A stretch of DNA of 63,154 nt, counting the filler. It is 15 parts of 15 records of this genome, joined end to end, with 100 filler letters (N's around TTAATTAATTAA, not from the genome) between each part and the next. Parts side by side here need not be neighbours in the genome. Positions count along the whole stretch, not along the records: positions 21,796 to 28,139 come from SRR15195285_8024; positions 28,240 to 32,809 come from SRR15195285_8040; positions 32,910 to 36,332 come from SRR15195285_8041; 12 more parts are not named here. One strand, 5' to 3'. The notes under the pieces were generated by a model, which was not told the DNA's origin, did not search any database, and saw only the letters and a program-made list of their open reading frames with translations. This document shows positions 22,313 to 33,999 of this stretch, piece by piece; position 1 is the stretch's first letter; each line of letters opens with the position of its first letter. The position numbers and the translations under genes are program-made.

Positions 22313-25300
22313 ATGGACTCCCTCCTTGCGATGGGCTTTTCACGCCACGACAGCGCCGGGGCACTCGCCGAGGCAGCCGACGACGTGCGCCGTGCGATCG
22401 ACATGCTCCTCGACGGATACGAGGCACCGCCGGCCCCCGCCACGGAGGAGCCCGCCGAGGAGGAGCCCGCGCGGCTTGCGGGCGGCGGGCCGCCGGAGGG
22501 CGACCCGGGGGCATCCCATCGACTCATCGTGGCGCTTGAGTCGACCGAGGGAGCCTGCCCAGAGCCGATGCTCCCGCGCGGGGGCGTCGCTTCGACCCTG
22601 TCCGTATCTGAGGGCGCCGAATTCAGGATGCCGGTTCCTGGCGGGGCAGCCACAGCCTCGTGGTCGATTGATGAGACGAACCGACGGCAGGTGGACGTGG
22701 CCGTTCTGTTCCTGCCAGAGGGCGCGCATCTCGCCGATCCGTCCCGCGTGGCTTACGTGCGCTACGTCAGCTGCTACGGCTCGTACAGCACGGACCAGCC
22801 TGGAACTCTGCTCCTGCGGCTCTCGAATCAGTTCAGCTGGCGCTCGTCCAAGACTGTAAACGTTCGGCTCAGTGTCTCTCCTGGTGCCGGCGCGTCGCCA
22901 GAGCAACAGGACTCGCAGGCCGCTATCCAAGATCTTGGGCTCAAGCTCACGGACGCCACGCAGGATGTGGTCCAGCTGAAGGCCACCAATGGAGAGCTCC
23001 AAGCGCGGCTGGCTTCCACGCCTCAAGCACCCGCGGATCTTCTTGCAGAGCTGCAGCAGCTTCGCGCACAAGTGGCATCGATACCCCATCAAGCAGCCGT
23101 ACCCATGGCAGCGCACTCCGGCACGGTCCACGAGCTACTGCAAGAACATGGGCTCACCGAGTTCGAAGAGAGACTGCTCGCGCTTGGTGCCACTTCCACT
23201 GTTCACCTCAGCCAGCTGGACCAGACCGATTTCAGTGCACTGGGCGTGACCGAGGCGCAGCGTGCGGCGTTCGAGAGCATGCTGCTCAGGTGTGAGCAAC
23301 CAGCAGTGATCGAAGACAGCCTTGAGCGCGTCTCGTCAGCTGCCGAGAAGCGTTCGCAACGTGTGGCAGAGGAGCTGCGTCGCCAACGTAGCAATGGGGT
23401 CAACCCCTCTGGGGCGGCAGCACAGATGGCACCTGACGATAGCGACATTCTTACTCGTGTCAATACGCTGCAGATCATGGCCAGTCGGCAAGATCCGCAG
23501 CCATCTGACGGTGAGCAAGACTGCAGCATCTGCATGGAGACGTTCGAGAGCTCGCAAGGTGTTAAATGCGGCGGAGACGACTCGCACTACGTCTGCCTGT
23601 CATGCCTCTGTCTCTACATCCAAAGTCAGTGCGAACCCGCCGCTGCGGGTGGTACCTATGAGATTGCGAAACGAAACGCCAACGGGGACACTTCGCAAGT
23701 CGGCGAGCTGCCTTGTCCAGTGTTCCTGATGGACGGCTGCGGGTGTGGCTGTATCGGAGGTGACGAGCCGTCGCTGATGATTAAGGTCGCTTCCCATCCA
23801 GCGTCGTTTCGAACGCTCAAATCACTCATCGGCGCCAGTCAGCGAGCTGCACTTGAGCTGGCTCGCGAAGAGCAAGCACAAGCGGCTGAAGCTGAGCGCA
23901 AGCGCAAAGCAGAACAGACTGCACTGCAAGCAGCTACCGAGCTAGTCGTTGAGGCCATGACGAAAGGTCAGGCTACCGACTGCCCGAAGTGCAACGCCAC
24001 GTTTCGAAAAGATGAAGCGTGCATGCATATGAAGTGCGAGATCTGCCGCACTGACTTCTGCTATGTCTGTGGGCAAGACACCACGAAATGTGTGCGTGGA
24101 AGAGACTGCGACAGGATTTCTTGCTACCTGGAGTCCAACCCCGGTTGGAACGGCTTTGCGCGCGACAGCGAAAGTGCTGGTGAAGGCGCACTGTACGAGT
24201 TCCAGCGCCGGAAAATTGCATTTATGGTCCGAGAGGCGAAAGCAAAGATACCTGCTGATATTTGGCAAAATATCATGACGGAAAATCCAGAGCTGTTTCA
24301 AGATGTTCTCAGGGGCCGTAGTATCACGTTGGAAGAGGTAGATGCTGCGGAGAGTCTCCCACAGTTTGGGGCACGCCACACCGGTCCACCTGGTCAACCA
24401 GACGAGACTGGTTTTGCTGCTGGTATGCGTGTGCGCCTGACTGAGGATGCAGCGGAGTTGGAGCGCTCAGCAGATGGTTTCGGCGGATGGAATCCGGCCA
24501 TGGCAGCCTGCTGTGGTAAGATTGGGGTAGTAGAACACACGAATGGCACATGGGTAAGTGTTGGCTTCGGCAGGCGTTCGTGGGCACTGAATCCTGCTGT
24601 ATTGACGAGAGTTGCCGACGATGCGGAGGCGGATGAGATGCCAGACGGCGATGACGACGAGGCCGATCTTCTCAGGATGCTCATGCGTGATCTTGGCGGC
24701 GGGCCTGCTGTGCCACGAGCACGGGGTCCAGTTCGTAGGCGACGACGCGCAGGTGACGGTGCAGCCTCGGGAGCAATCTCAGTTGGTGATCGCGTTGCGC
24801 TTCGACCAGGTGTCGAGCAGCGCGGACCTCTGGCGCACGGTCGCGTGGGCACACTGGTCGAGGACGATGGCTCTTCAGTGCCGTACAAGTGCGAGTTCGA
24901 AGGAGAAACGCACTGGTACACCGCAACGGATGTCGTCGCAGCTGACACTGCGGGTGCAGGCGCCGGCGGGGGGGCACTCGAGAGAGGAGACCGTGTTCGT
25001 GTTATCTCAGATAGAGATCGCGCCAGAGCGTTAGCTGATGGCTTCGGCGGCTGGAACGGCGATATGGCTGAATACTGTGGTACCGAGGGAACGGTTCAGG
25101 AGGTGAATCGATCGGGGTCAGTGCGGGTCCGGCACGAAGACGGCCGCATGTGGGCGTGGAACCCGGAAGCTCTGGAGTCTCTGGCAGGTAGCGGAGTGGC
25201 ACGTCGTCCCGCAACGGGTGACCGTGTCATACTGGCTCCTGGAGAATCGGAGGGCTGTCTGTCTGGCACAACCGTTGGGACCGTTGTGGTCGATGACGGC

Positions 25301-27001
25301 TCACGCGTGCCTTTTCAGGTGCGCGCCCCAGACGGTGCAACATACTGGTACCGCGCAGAACAAGTAGTCCTCGCCGAAGCAGCTGCCCCCGATCAACTCA
25401 GGGAAGGAGACTCAGTCACTGTGCTTCCATCAGTTGATCGGGTGCGTGAGCTCGCCGACGGCCACGGAGGCTGGGCGTCTTCCATGGCTGAATACTGTGG
25501 CCAAACTGGCATCGTCCGCAACATAGACAGCGATGGTGATGTATCCGTCAAGTTCCCAGACGGAAATTCGTGGACGTACAACCCTGCAGCTCTCGTAGGC
25601 GGTGGTGGCAGTCACGCAAAGCGACCAACAGTAGGCGACCACGTACGCATTCGTCGAGGCACAACCACACATGGACTGCAGGCTGGAGAAGTCTACGTGA
25701 TTCACAGAGACGATCATGACGCTAACCCATATCGACTCAGGAGCAACACTCCAGGTGATGAAGAGTCGTATGGATTTTTCGCAGAAGGTGACGTAGAGCT
25801 TGTGGAAGGAGCTAGGGCTGAAGAAGGCAGGCCGATAACGCATCATTACCTCCCCGTCGGCACTCGAGTCGTGCGTGGTCCAGACTGGGAGTGGGGCGAC
25901 CAAGATGGTGGCGCTGGCGGGACAGGCACGATTGTTGAGCACGAGTCTGACCGATGGACACAGGTGACTTGGGACCGCACTGGACGCACTGCGTCATACA
26001 AAAACGGCATGGACAGAAGACTTGACCTCCAAGAAGTGGGTGGCACGGCAGCTCCACGTGGCACAGCGTTCACTGTTAGTGGCAGTGGCAAGTCTCGATG
26101 CAATGGCCCATATCGCCAAGAGGGCTCCAACGACGGCAAACCGATGTACAAGCAGGTTGGGGGCAGCGGCCTCATTTATTTCTCATCGTTCTGGAAGCTG
26201 AACGACGAGACCAACACACATGGATGGTATTACAGTGTTCGAGGCAGCACTGGCGATGAACCCCCGACTGGACAGTGGACAACTCATGGGTACTCTGGAA
26301 GCGATGCAGATCCGCCTCCAACTGTGACGCGTGTCGAACAACAGGTGGGTGAGACGACCTCACAGCCTGATGGACATTGGCTCACCTGCCCAGGAAGCGG
26401 ACATCAAGCACACCCAATGGCCCGTGACGTGCGCGGGCACCATATGTGCGACATATGTCGTACTAGTGGCACACACTATCGCTGTCAGTCTGGCTGCGAC
26501 TACGATGTCTGCCAGTCGTGTGCTGACAGGGCCCGGAGGGACACCGGTAGCTATACAGGCCCCATTTTCCCAGGCGGTCGCCCTCACTCCCAACTGGCGA
26601 CTCTGTCGGATCCAAGCAGCTCGCCCATTCGAGTCCGCCACTCCGAGCATGGCGCAGGAGTTCTGATTGGATACAAATACGCGGGTGAACGTACTGGCGA
26701 CACCTCTGGTGGGTTATCGTCAGACGGTTACGTGCGCATCAAATTTGATAATGGTGGCCCCTTTGGATTGGCGGGTTTCAATGTTGATTCTCGAGAAGTT
26801 TGCTTTCTGGGTGGTGCTGCCATGCCTACGGGCGAATGGACGCCCACTCATTCCCGACACCAGCTGCGGAGGTACAGAGCAGCGAGTGTGAAGTGCAAAC
26901 GGTGCAGCATGTTCGGTCCGTCGACACAAACTGGAGACCAGGAGTGCGCGAACTGCGGTCTGTGCTCGACTTGCTGTGCGACCAACGGCTGCGAAAGTTG
27001 A
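22313..27001 (+). CDS. Large intronless E3 ubiquitin ligase: UBA, GOLD, coiled coil, SAM, RING1, RING2/Rcat, Mind bomb-type SH3-like repeats, MIB/HERC2, ZZ-like zinc finger
   Basis: UBA LLAMGFS…AIDMLL; GOLD LLLRLSNQFSWRSSKTV; SAM LQEHGL..FEERL…LGVT; RING CSICME…HYVCLSC…CP; RING2 CPKC…ACMHMKCEICRTDFCYVCG; MIB/HERC2 GTRVVRGPDWEWGDQDGG; CDIC…YRCQSGCDYDVCQSC. Confidence 0.85.
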   Translation: MDSLLAMGFSRHDSAGALAEAADDVRRAIDMLLDGYEAPPAPATEEPAEEEPARLAGGGPPEGDPGASHRLIVALESTEGACPEPMLPRGGVASTLSVSEGAEFRMPVPGGAATASWSIDETNRRQVDVAVLFLPEGAHLADPSRVAYVRYVSCYGSYSTDQPGTLLLRLSNQFSWRSSKTVNVRLSVSPGAGASPEQQDSQAAIQDLGLKLTDATQDVVQLKATNGELQARLASTPQAPADLLAELQQLRAQVASIPHQAAVPMAAHSGTVHELLQEHGLTEFEERLLALGATSTVHLSQLDQTDFSALGVTEAQRAAFESMLLRCEQPAVIEDSLERVSSAAEKRSQRVAEELRRQRSNGVNPSGAAAQMAPDDSDILTRVNTLQIMASRQDPQPSDGEQDCSICMETFESSQGVKCGGDDSHYVCLSCLCLYIQSQCEPAAAGGTYEIAKRNANGDTSQVGELPCPVFLMDGCGCGCIGGDEPSLMIKVASHPASFRTLKSLIGASQRAALELAREEQAQAAEAERKRKAEQTALQAATELVVEAMTKGQATDCPKCNATFRKDEACMHMKCEICRTDFCYVCGQDTTKCVRGRDCDRISCYLESNPGWNGFARDSESAGEGALYEFQRRKIAFMVREAKAKIPADIWQNIMTENPELFQDVLRGRSITLEEVDAAESLPQFGARHTGPPGQPDETGFAAGMRVRLTEDAAELERSADGFGGWNPAMAACCGKIGVVEHTNGTWVSVGFGRRSWALNPAVLTRVADDAEADEMPDGDDDEADLLRMLMRDLGGGPAVPRARGPVRRRRRAGDGAASGAISVGDRVALRPGVEQRGPLAHGRVGTLVEDDGSSVPYKCEFEGETHWYTATDVVAADTAGAGAGGGALERGDRVRVISDRDRARALADGFGGWNGDMAEYCGTEGTVQEVNRSGSVRVRHEDGRMWAWNPEALESLAGSGVARRPATGDRVILAPGESEGCLSGTTVGTVVVDDGSRVPFQVRAPDGATYWYRAEQVVLAEAAAPDQLREGDSVTVLPSVDRVRELADGHGGWASSMAEYCGQTGIVRNIDSDGDVSVKFPDGNSWTYNPAALVGGGGSHAKRPTVGDHVRIRRGTTTHGLQAGEVYVIHRDDHDANPYRLRSNTPGDEESYGFFAEGDVELVEGARAEEGRPITHHYLPVGTRVVRGPDWEWGDQDGGAGGTGTIVEHESDRWTQVTWDRTGRTASYKNGMDRRLDLQEVGGTAAPRGTAFTVSGSGKSRCNGPYRQEGSNDGKPMYKQVGGSGLIYFSSFWKLNDETNTHGWYYSVRGSTGDEPPTGQWTTHGYSGSDADPPPTVTRVEQQVGETTSQPDGHWLTCPGSGHQAHPMARDVRGHHMCDICRTSGTHYRCQSGCDYDVCQSCADRARRDTGSYTGPIFPGGRPHSQLATLSDPSSSPIRVRHSEHGAGVLIGYKYAGERTGDTSGGLSSDGYVRIKFDNGGPFGLAGFNVDSREVCFLGGAAMPTGEWTPTHSRHQLRRYRAASVKCKRCSMFGPSTQTGDQECANCGLCSTCCATNGCES

Positions 27002-27093
27002 GCCAGGCGCAGACGGGGCGCCTGTGACTGCGTCGTCATTGTGTTTATAATTGTACAAACAGCGCTGTATTGCAATAATGGTAGTATCGCATC

Positions 27094-28125
27094 TCACAGA
27101 GCCGATGGCGAGACAGGCAGTGGGCTCAGCCTCCACCAGGATGCTAAGCATTCACTCCGCAGCTGATCGTCGTCAATGTCATCCAGCAGTGCCACTAGTG
27201 CATATGGGTATTTCACACCATGTCCGATGTCCACGCTTTTCCGGCGCTCCCAGTACTCAGTGTCAGTCGGGCTGAGGTGAGCATACCGGTAGCCTTGGGG
27301 CTCAGGGTAGTCATCGGCGTCAACTGCAGGTCCTCGGCGCGTGACGGCGCAATACTGACGGAAGGCTGCCTTACTCTTTTCGAACAGGTGCAGGTGTCCG
27401 AGGCGCTGTAGGTCCATCACCGCATTGCCATATGTTAGCATGTGGCCGGCCCAGCCTTGGCCCTTTTCTGACCACAAGGTGACGGCGTGTAAGTATTCCC
27501 GCAGCACGAGCGCAGCAAACTCGGGACCACTCTCGCGTGCGAATTCGGGCCCTAGTGCCAGTGCGTCAGCCTCCAGATCTCCCCTCCACACTCCATTGCC
27601 ATCGTCGACTGGTGGCCACGGGGCGAAGCTTCGCAAGGTCGTCGCGACGCCTGCAGCTCGGCTCGGCGTGAGAAGCACGGGAGAAATTTGAAACGCCCGA
27701 AGCGCCAGCGTACCCACGATAAGGTTGTGACCCACCTCCCGCAACTCGCTCATGCTGTCTTCCAGCGCTGTCAGAACCTCTGCCAGCAGCTCTGGGTCGG
27801 GCGTTTCATGCTGCGGAAAAGGCTGGGTCATACCCGTGGGCAGTGCGCCGACGAGCTGATCACTCACCAAGCAGTTCAGTCGCTCTGTTGCTGTCTGAGA
27901 GAGCTGCTCGCTGAGGAGCGTCGCTGCGATGATGGCCGCCCCGCGGTGACCATCGACAAAATAGCCGGAGGATCCTGCAGTCCCACTGCCGGCGCGGGCC
28001 ACCACCCCAATCCCAACACTCAGCAGGCCACCCATCTTTCTGGTAAGAAGTGTGGCAGCATTATGAAGAGTACTCTCAGCTGACCGATCTTGAGACATGG
28101 TCAGATGTGGCGTGACACCGGGCAT
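27094..28125 (-). CDS. Hypothetical helical protein with four GH motifs, probably metal-binding and bacterial-like (true start possibly ATG about 28098)
   Basis: Uninterrupted 343-aa ORF with DGHRGAAI, GHNLIVGTLAL, GHMLTYGNA and GHGVKYPYAL. The first codons overlap a dispersed repeat. Confidence 0.6.
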   Translation of the reverse strand: MPGVTPHLTMSQDRSAESTLHNAATLLTRKMGGLLSVGIGVVARAGSGTAGSSGYFVDGHRGAAIIAATLLSEQLSQTATERLNCLVSDQLVGALPTGMTQPFPQHETPDPELLAEVLTALEDSMSELREVGHNLIVGTLALRAFQISPVLLTPSRAAGVATTLRSFAPWPPVDDGNGVWRGDLEADALALGPEFARESGPEFAALVLREYLHAVTLWSEKGQGWAGHMLTYGNAVMDLQRLGHLHLFEKSKAAFRQYCAVTRRGPAVDADDYPEPQGYRYAHLSPTDTEYWERRKSVDIGHGVKYPYALVALLDDIDDDQLRSECLASWWRLSPLPVSPSAL

Positions 28126-28239
28126 AAGGCCCTTATGCCNNNNNNNNNNNNNNNNNNNNNNNNNNNNNNNNNNNNNNNNNNNNTTAATTAATTAANNNNN
28201 NNNNNNNNNNNNNNNNNNNNNNNNNNNNNNNNNNNNNNN

Positions 28240-31200
28240 CTCGCGTGCACGTGACGCCTTTGCGATGAGTGTCTCCACTGCAAGACGCGAGTTGGCGATC
28301 TGATATTTCATCTGTGCACAATGTGACGCCTCGTGTGAAAGTTGCCACGATGCAAAAGCCGAGCGTACTGCCTGCCTCACTCGCAGTTTCAATGCCATTT
28401 CTTCGACAGTGACTCGACGGCGACGAAGAATAACAACCGAACTCCAGCCACGCAGAACAGCACCAGTTAATGTCAAGAAGTTCGTGCGTTGTGATAGCTT
28501 TACACCCCAATTGGACCATCCTGTTATCATCTTATCCCTAGAAACAGTGGCAGCACAAGCACCGCGCCAGGCAAACCATACCATACGCATTCTGCACCAT
28601 GAGGCAGAACACACGCTTGCCTTTATCAGGGTTTGCAGGTGCTGATATCTTCTGTTCATCCCGCTCCATGCCATATTCCTACGACAGTTGTGCCAGTGCC
28701 AGAACACTCGGGCTACCATGCGACGGGTACGAACGTTTGACAGCTTGCGCACAAAAGGCTCAAGTCCACGGCTGTATAGACATGCAGTCCTCCACAACAA
28801 GAATTTAGTCCGGAGTTGAGAATTAATGGTTCTCCTGTGCATGACGACTGCAGAATGTTGTCTGACTTGGATGCTGGCTGTTGCCGCGGCATGTTTGTGT
28901 GCCTGCATCACTGCTTCTTGAGTTTTGAAGTGTCTTCGGTGTGTCAATAACTGCGCCCACATATTCCATGCACCCTGGACGACCAATCGGTCAATGTGTT
29001 TCCGGTTCCCACGATGCAGCCGGGACGCCAGCGAACGAACCTGTACTCGGGCAGCAGAATAGTCAAGCCAATTCCTGAGGGTGATTGACTGTCTTAAAAG
29101 CTCTTTCTTCTTAACAATACGTGCAACCACAGCTCGCTGCGAACACACCCGCCTGTGGCGCTCATTCCACAGATGGAAAAACTGGTATCTAATGCGAGCA
29201 TAGTGGCGGTGGGACAACCGTATAGTCACTCGCTGCCACGCAGATGTTTCTTGGAATATTGACTGCCAAGCGTGCAACCAGACGCGCAAACGGACTTTTT
29301 CGAGCCGTCGATGCATCTGTGCCTGTCGAGTACGCAATTGTCGTGTCTTTGTGTTCGCCACAGCTGACGTGATCTTCCGGTCAAAGGCAGAGCAAAGATC
29401 CGCGTGTTCCATTCGTGCGGCAGAAAGTGCAGCGCGAGTACGCCAGCTTGCCCCAACGATCACACGCCAAACTGTCAATATCAGAGACAGCCAGCGCGTC
29501 AGTTTTCGTGTTGTAAACTGAACCAACCGAAGGTATCGGTCGTAGTAGAAAGCCCAACGCTGCCAAACAATACGTCGCAGCGACCAACGAGATCGTTTTC
29601 GCGCGTCAGCAATGAGGTGTACATGCTGCTTCTTTGTCCACACTAAGCCCGCCCACTGTCGGAAGGCATCGGCCTGCTGATCCTGTTCTTTCTGATTTGT
29701 GAGCAAGTCTGCACTTTGCACAAGCAGCCGCTTGATCAAACTTGCACGCGCTTGATGCACAACATTGTTCTCAACAGACAATGTTGCTGTTTGCACAACT
29801 GTTGTTTCTGCCTGAGCATTTGCGAGTTGGACCTGTTCGCGAAGGTGCTCCTCCTCAATACATTTCTCTTGCAAGACAATCTTCAAGTGACCTACAGCTG
29901 CATAAGATCTGTCGATCTCACTGGTCATTTGCAGGCGCACAGCCTTGGCACGCTGCAGCACTGTCCGGCGCTTGATTAACCAATTCGCCTGCTCATGCCA
30001 AGACAACAAAAATCTACGAAGTGCGCGGCTCTTGCTGAAACATATCGCGTCATGAAGCGTGCGGCGCTGATGACTTCGGGCGCGAGTCCAATTTGACCAT
30101 ACATGTAGCATCGGCCGACAACAGCTCCACTCTATCGACAACTGTTGATCGATCGACAGTACCTGTGGTGCGATATTTCGCGCGCATTTCCCGCTTTTCT
30201 CCGATTCGGATATCACTCGTTCCCAAGCCTCGACTGTCGCCGCAGGGGAGGAGACGTGACTCGTCGGCTGCACAGTTTCAGGGCTGCGCAGCAGATCCTT
30301 CAGTCGAGTCTTTTTCGCGAGTGCAGCTTCGAGTGCACTCGTCGCTTGTTCAAGCGGCACCGCTGCGTCCTGAACTTCCCGGGTCGCAGCCTGTGTCAGC
30401 AATGTCCACCTAGACCACACTGCGCGCATCCTCCTTGAACACCAGTAGGAACGTTGTCGGACTACGAGAGCATCTGCACGGGCTCGAACGTGGAGCCTAT
30501 CGTCGGCATGTCGGCTCCAGTGCTGAAAGACTGTGACATAGAGTCGCTGGCGTAGGCGGCATGTAGCTTTGTCGGCCAACGCGTGAATATGGCAGACGTG
30601 CAGCCACCCGTAAAATGTACGAACAGTAGCTTTTCGTCGGCCTCGCCGAGCACATTGCTGTACAAGTACGTGCAGCTGCTGACTTGATCTCGCTAATACA
30701 TGCATTGCTTGCAGAATGTGCTTCAACCGATTCCTTGCAAGAACACGAGCAACTTTCGCTGCCAATCTGGACCGGTCTCGCTGAGCGGTCACATTGCATC
30801 GCCACTCGTGAAACGCCGTCCGCATCAGCCGAGAGGATGCCCGCATCCCTATCATCTTGGAGATTGTACACATGCGCTGAGATGCTGCCCGTAGTTCGTA
30901 CCACTGTGCAAGTATATGCTTCAACTTGCGTTTGAGCATCCGTGTAGCTGCCCACACTTGTATGTGTAACGTAGCGTCTGAGTCGCGAAGAAACGTCTCC
31001 CAGCGGTGGAAAGCTGCTGTCATTTTGCTAAAGGACTGGATGGCATGAAACCTGCCAACACGCCGCCGCAGCGCGACAGAAGCAGCCGACATCGCTTGCC
31101 AAGCTTGCACAATGGCACGAAGCTGTCGAGAGCAGGTTCTCGCACGTAAGCTGGACACTCGAACGCCAATCAGCTTCGAGACTCGGCAATGCTGATGCCA

Positions 31201-32809
31201 GCACTGGAACCATGATGTACACCGCACTCGCAGCAGCTTCGCCCTGTGCTTCTTCAGTGCCTTTTCAATTGACCGGGCCAGTACAACCACTGCGAGCCAT
31301 GCATCACAACATTGGCGCGCGAGGCTGCTGTTGCGTACTGCTGCTGCAAAATCATCTCGCCGATGCTTGTGCTCTTGCTGGTCCTTCCACGTCCTCCAAG
31401 CCTTCAAACACGACAATTGAAGGGCGACATCTTTGCGAGAAGCAATCACAGTGGCCTGACCATGCAGCGTCTTTACGTGCTGCGTGTACCGAATCAATGT
31501 TGCAAAATATGTACCCAAAATGCGAAGCTGCAGCCGGCGAGCCATCTCTAGGGCCAGACTCCGGTTGTGAGAACATTGCGAGGTGTACAAATGCCAATGA
31601 TCCATGCAGCAGTTTAGCTGTCGAGCTCGAAAGTTCTGTTCCAGATGCGCGACAGCCACAGCCAGTTGCCTCTGCTCCATGATGGCAATCGATGCAGCCA
31701 GAGTAGACATGTCAGCCCTTAGCTCACTCTGCCGTGCCTCTCGTAAATCATCTCGTTCTCTCCTCTCCGAATGAACGACGTTCTGCCACGCGGAAAAGGC
31801 CTTGCCAGCCCGCTGCATACTGCAGAAAACTTCTGCAACGTGACCAGCTGAAGTATGGCACTGGTGAGTATCTTTTGCAGCTTGAACCCAAACCATCCAG
31901 GCTCGCTGTAGCATTTGAGCGTCAAAGCGAACTGCCAATTGCATGAGCAACTCTTGAGTCTCCCAGCGTCGTTCGACCTGTGCAACCCACGCTTCCCACA
32001 CCTCGCACCTACGGCGGGCATTCAGACTGAGCACAAATCGGATCGCGACAATTTCTCGTGTTTTGTACTGCAGCTGTGCTCTGCGCAGCCATCTGTGCAA
32101 GTGGCTTCTGAGTCGGATCGAATGCAGATTGCGCTTGGTATTGTCCAGGGCCTCCCGACCCAGCACTCGTAAGTATGCCCACTCTCGCCATTGGCTTAGG
32201 CAGGAACGACAAATCTCGGCCTGTGTCGCCAAGGTCAGATTCGCGTCTACCCCAACCTCGCATTCCTGGTCTACTTGCGCCGCACGCCACCTTTGGCGCG
32301 CAGCAATCAGCGACGTTCGGCCAGCCTCATGGAATTGCACTTCTAAGCTTGGTAGTAGACTCAACAACCCATCGGCTGTGCGCTGCTTTGGGATGAGCGA
32401 GCCAATCACCGAGTTCTCCGATGCTGAGGTCAGGGGTCGCACCTCGGAAGCTAACTCTACAGGACGACGGCTGAGCTTCGCGGGTGTGGGCGTAAAGGTC
32501 GGCCACGCAGGCGAAAGAACCGTCGGGCTGAACAGCGGAGACGCGGCCGGATTGGCGTGACCACTACCGCCGGCAACTGGGGTGGCCGGCGGGCGCGACA
32601 ACGGTGGAATCAGCAGCTCATCCTCGACTTCATCTTGCTCCGGCAACACAGCGTTCTCGTAGGGACGTGCCCCTGGCGTCGCCTGTTCATGTGCCTCCGC
32701 CAGCCGGAGATCGTCCGCCCGAACGCCCTGGCCGCCGCACCGCGCGGCCGCAGCGCACGGCGACCCCTGCCCAGCCACCGGGACGCTGCTGCTGCTGCTG
32801 CTGCTGCTG
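28240..32809 (-). CDS. Sfi1-like centrin-binding repeat protein (truncated at contig edges)
   Basis: Intronless ORF of about 1500 aa with dozens of basic helical repeats ending in F..W (KAFSAWQ, TAFHEWR, RTFYGWL, TVFQHWS, SAFASWQ), as in Sfi1 repeats. Confidence 0.65.
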
Positions 32810-32909
32810 NNNNNNNNNNNNNNNNNNNNNNNNNNNNNNNNNNNNNNNNNNNNTTAATTAATTAANNNNNNNNNNNNNNNNNNNNNNNNNNNNNNNNNNN
32901 NNNNNNNNN

Positions 32910-33999
32910 TGCTGCTGCTGCTGCTGCTGCGGCCGCTGCTGCTGCGGCCGCTGCTGCTAGCAAAGTCGCGGCCAGGGCGCCTTCCCCATTCCGCTTTTGA
33001 CTGCCACGACGTTGGTAGTAAATCCGTCTTCTGCCCGTCGCCTGACACCTTCGTCCACGCTGTCCAGTCTTCCACAGGTGTGACGCCAGAGCGATCGCTT
33101 TTGAAAAACTTGGCGCGTTGTCCTTCCCACGGTGTGCCGTACAGTGCAAAACTGTGGCAGCGTGGGTCTGAGTCGCAGCGAGTAGCAGCCGCCGCTGAGC
33201 AGTCCGCGTACGGTTTGCAGGTCAGCGGCGCACAGAGGGAATCATTGGCGTGGCGTGGTGGTGGGCCAGCGGTGTAACACAGGCCATCTCCGCAGCTGCC
33301 AGACTTCTTTGGCCCGTCGCTCATGCAGCTACCGACAGTGCACTCGTAGCCACTAGCCTTGGCCCACCCACTACAACCCCCCTGGCCGTGTGGCTTCGGC
33401 GGTGACGGTGCCGGTGGCGGATGGAGTGGTGGAGGTGCGTTCGGCCCACACCCATGCTTTGCGAAGCCACACGGTGAAGACCCGTTCTCACACCGGTTGC
33501 CCCAGGCGTCAGGCCCAAGCTTCGGCTGTCTGCCTCCGCCGCTACCCATTGTCCACAGTACCACGGTCCCGTTCGACGTGATGGCTGCAGATGGGCATGT
33601 GGACCATACCGGTATCACAACTTCCTTGCGGGACCAGGGGCCAGTCGGCTTGTCTGCGACGAAGCGGGTGGTTTGCGAGTTGGTGAGCCAGGAGGTAATT
33701 CCACAATTCCCAACATACTCGCTGACAAACATGTGAAACCGGCCATTGTGCTCCACCGCCTGCCCCCCCCACGTCGTCACGCCCGGCTCCTTGATGTCCA
33801 TGCCCGGTGGCGTGGGCAGCGTAGCGAAGCGCTCGCACTGCTCACCCTCCCAAGCAGGGTCGCAGTCGCACTTGCCCGCCTTACAGTCTCCGTTCAGACT
33901 GCAGTCCAGATCGCTCTCGCAGGCGCCCGCCCATGCAACCGCGCCGAACATCCACAGTAGCTGCACCACCAAGTTCAAGCGCGATAGTCCCGTTGCCAT
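32910..33999 (-). CDS. Secreted EGF-like plus five-bladed beta-propeller glycoside hydrolase (GH43-like clan), 3' truncated
   Basis: Signal peptide; EGF CESDLDCSLNGDC…CDCDPAWEGEQC; TWGG…GRFHMFVSE…CGITSWLTNS…ADKPTGPW; later a PAN/apple-like segment CDSDPRCHSFA. Confidence 0.65.

Noticed and set aside
32786-32958. (CTG)n runs on both sides of a spacer suggesting the two contigs are adjacent
   Set aside because: CAG/CTG runs also end contigs at 14644 and 55773. They are generic assembly breakpoints, and the flanking proteins are unrelated.
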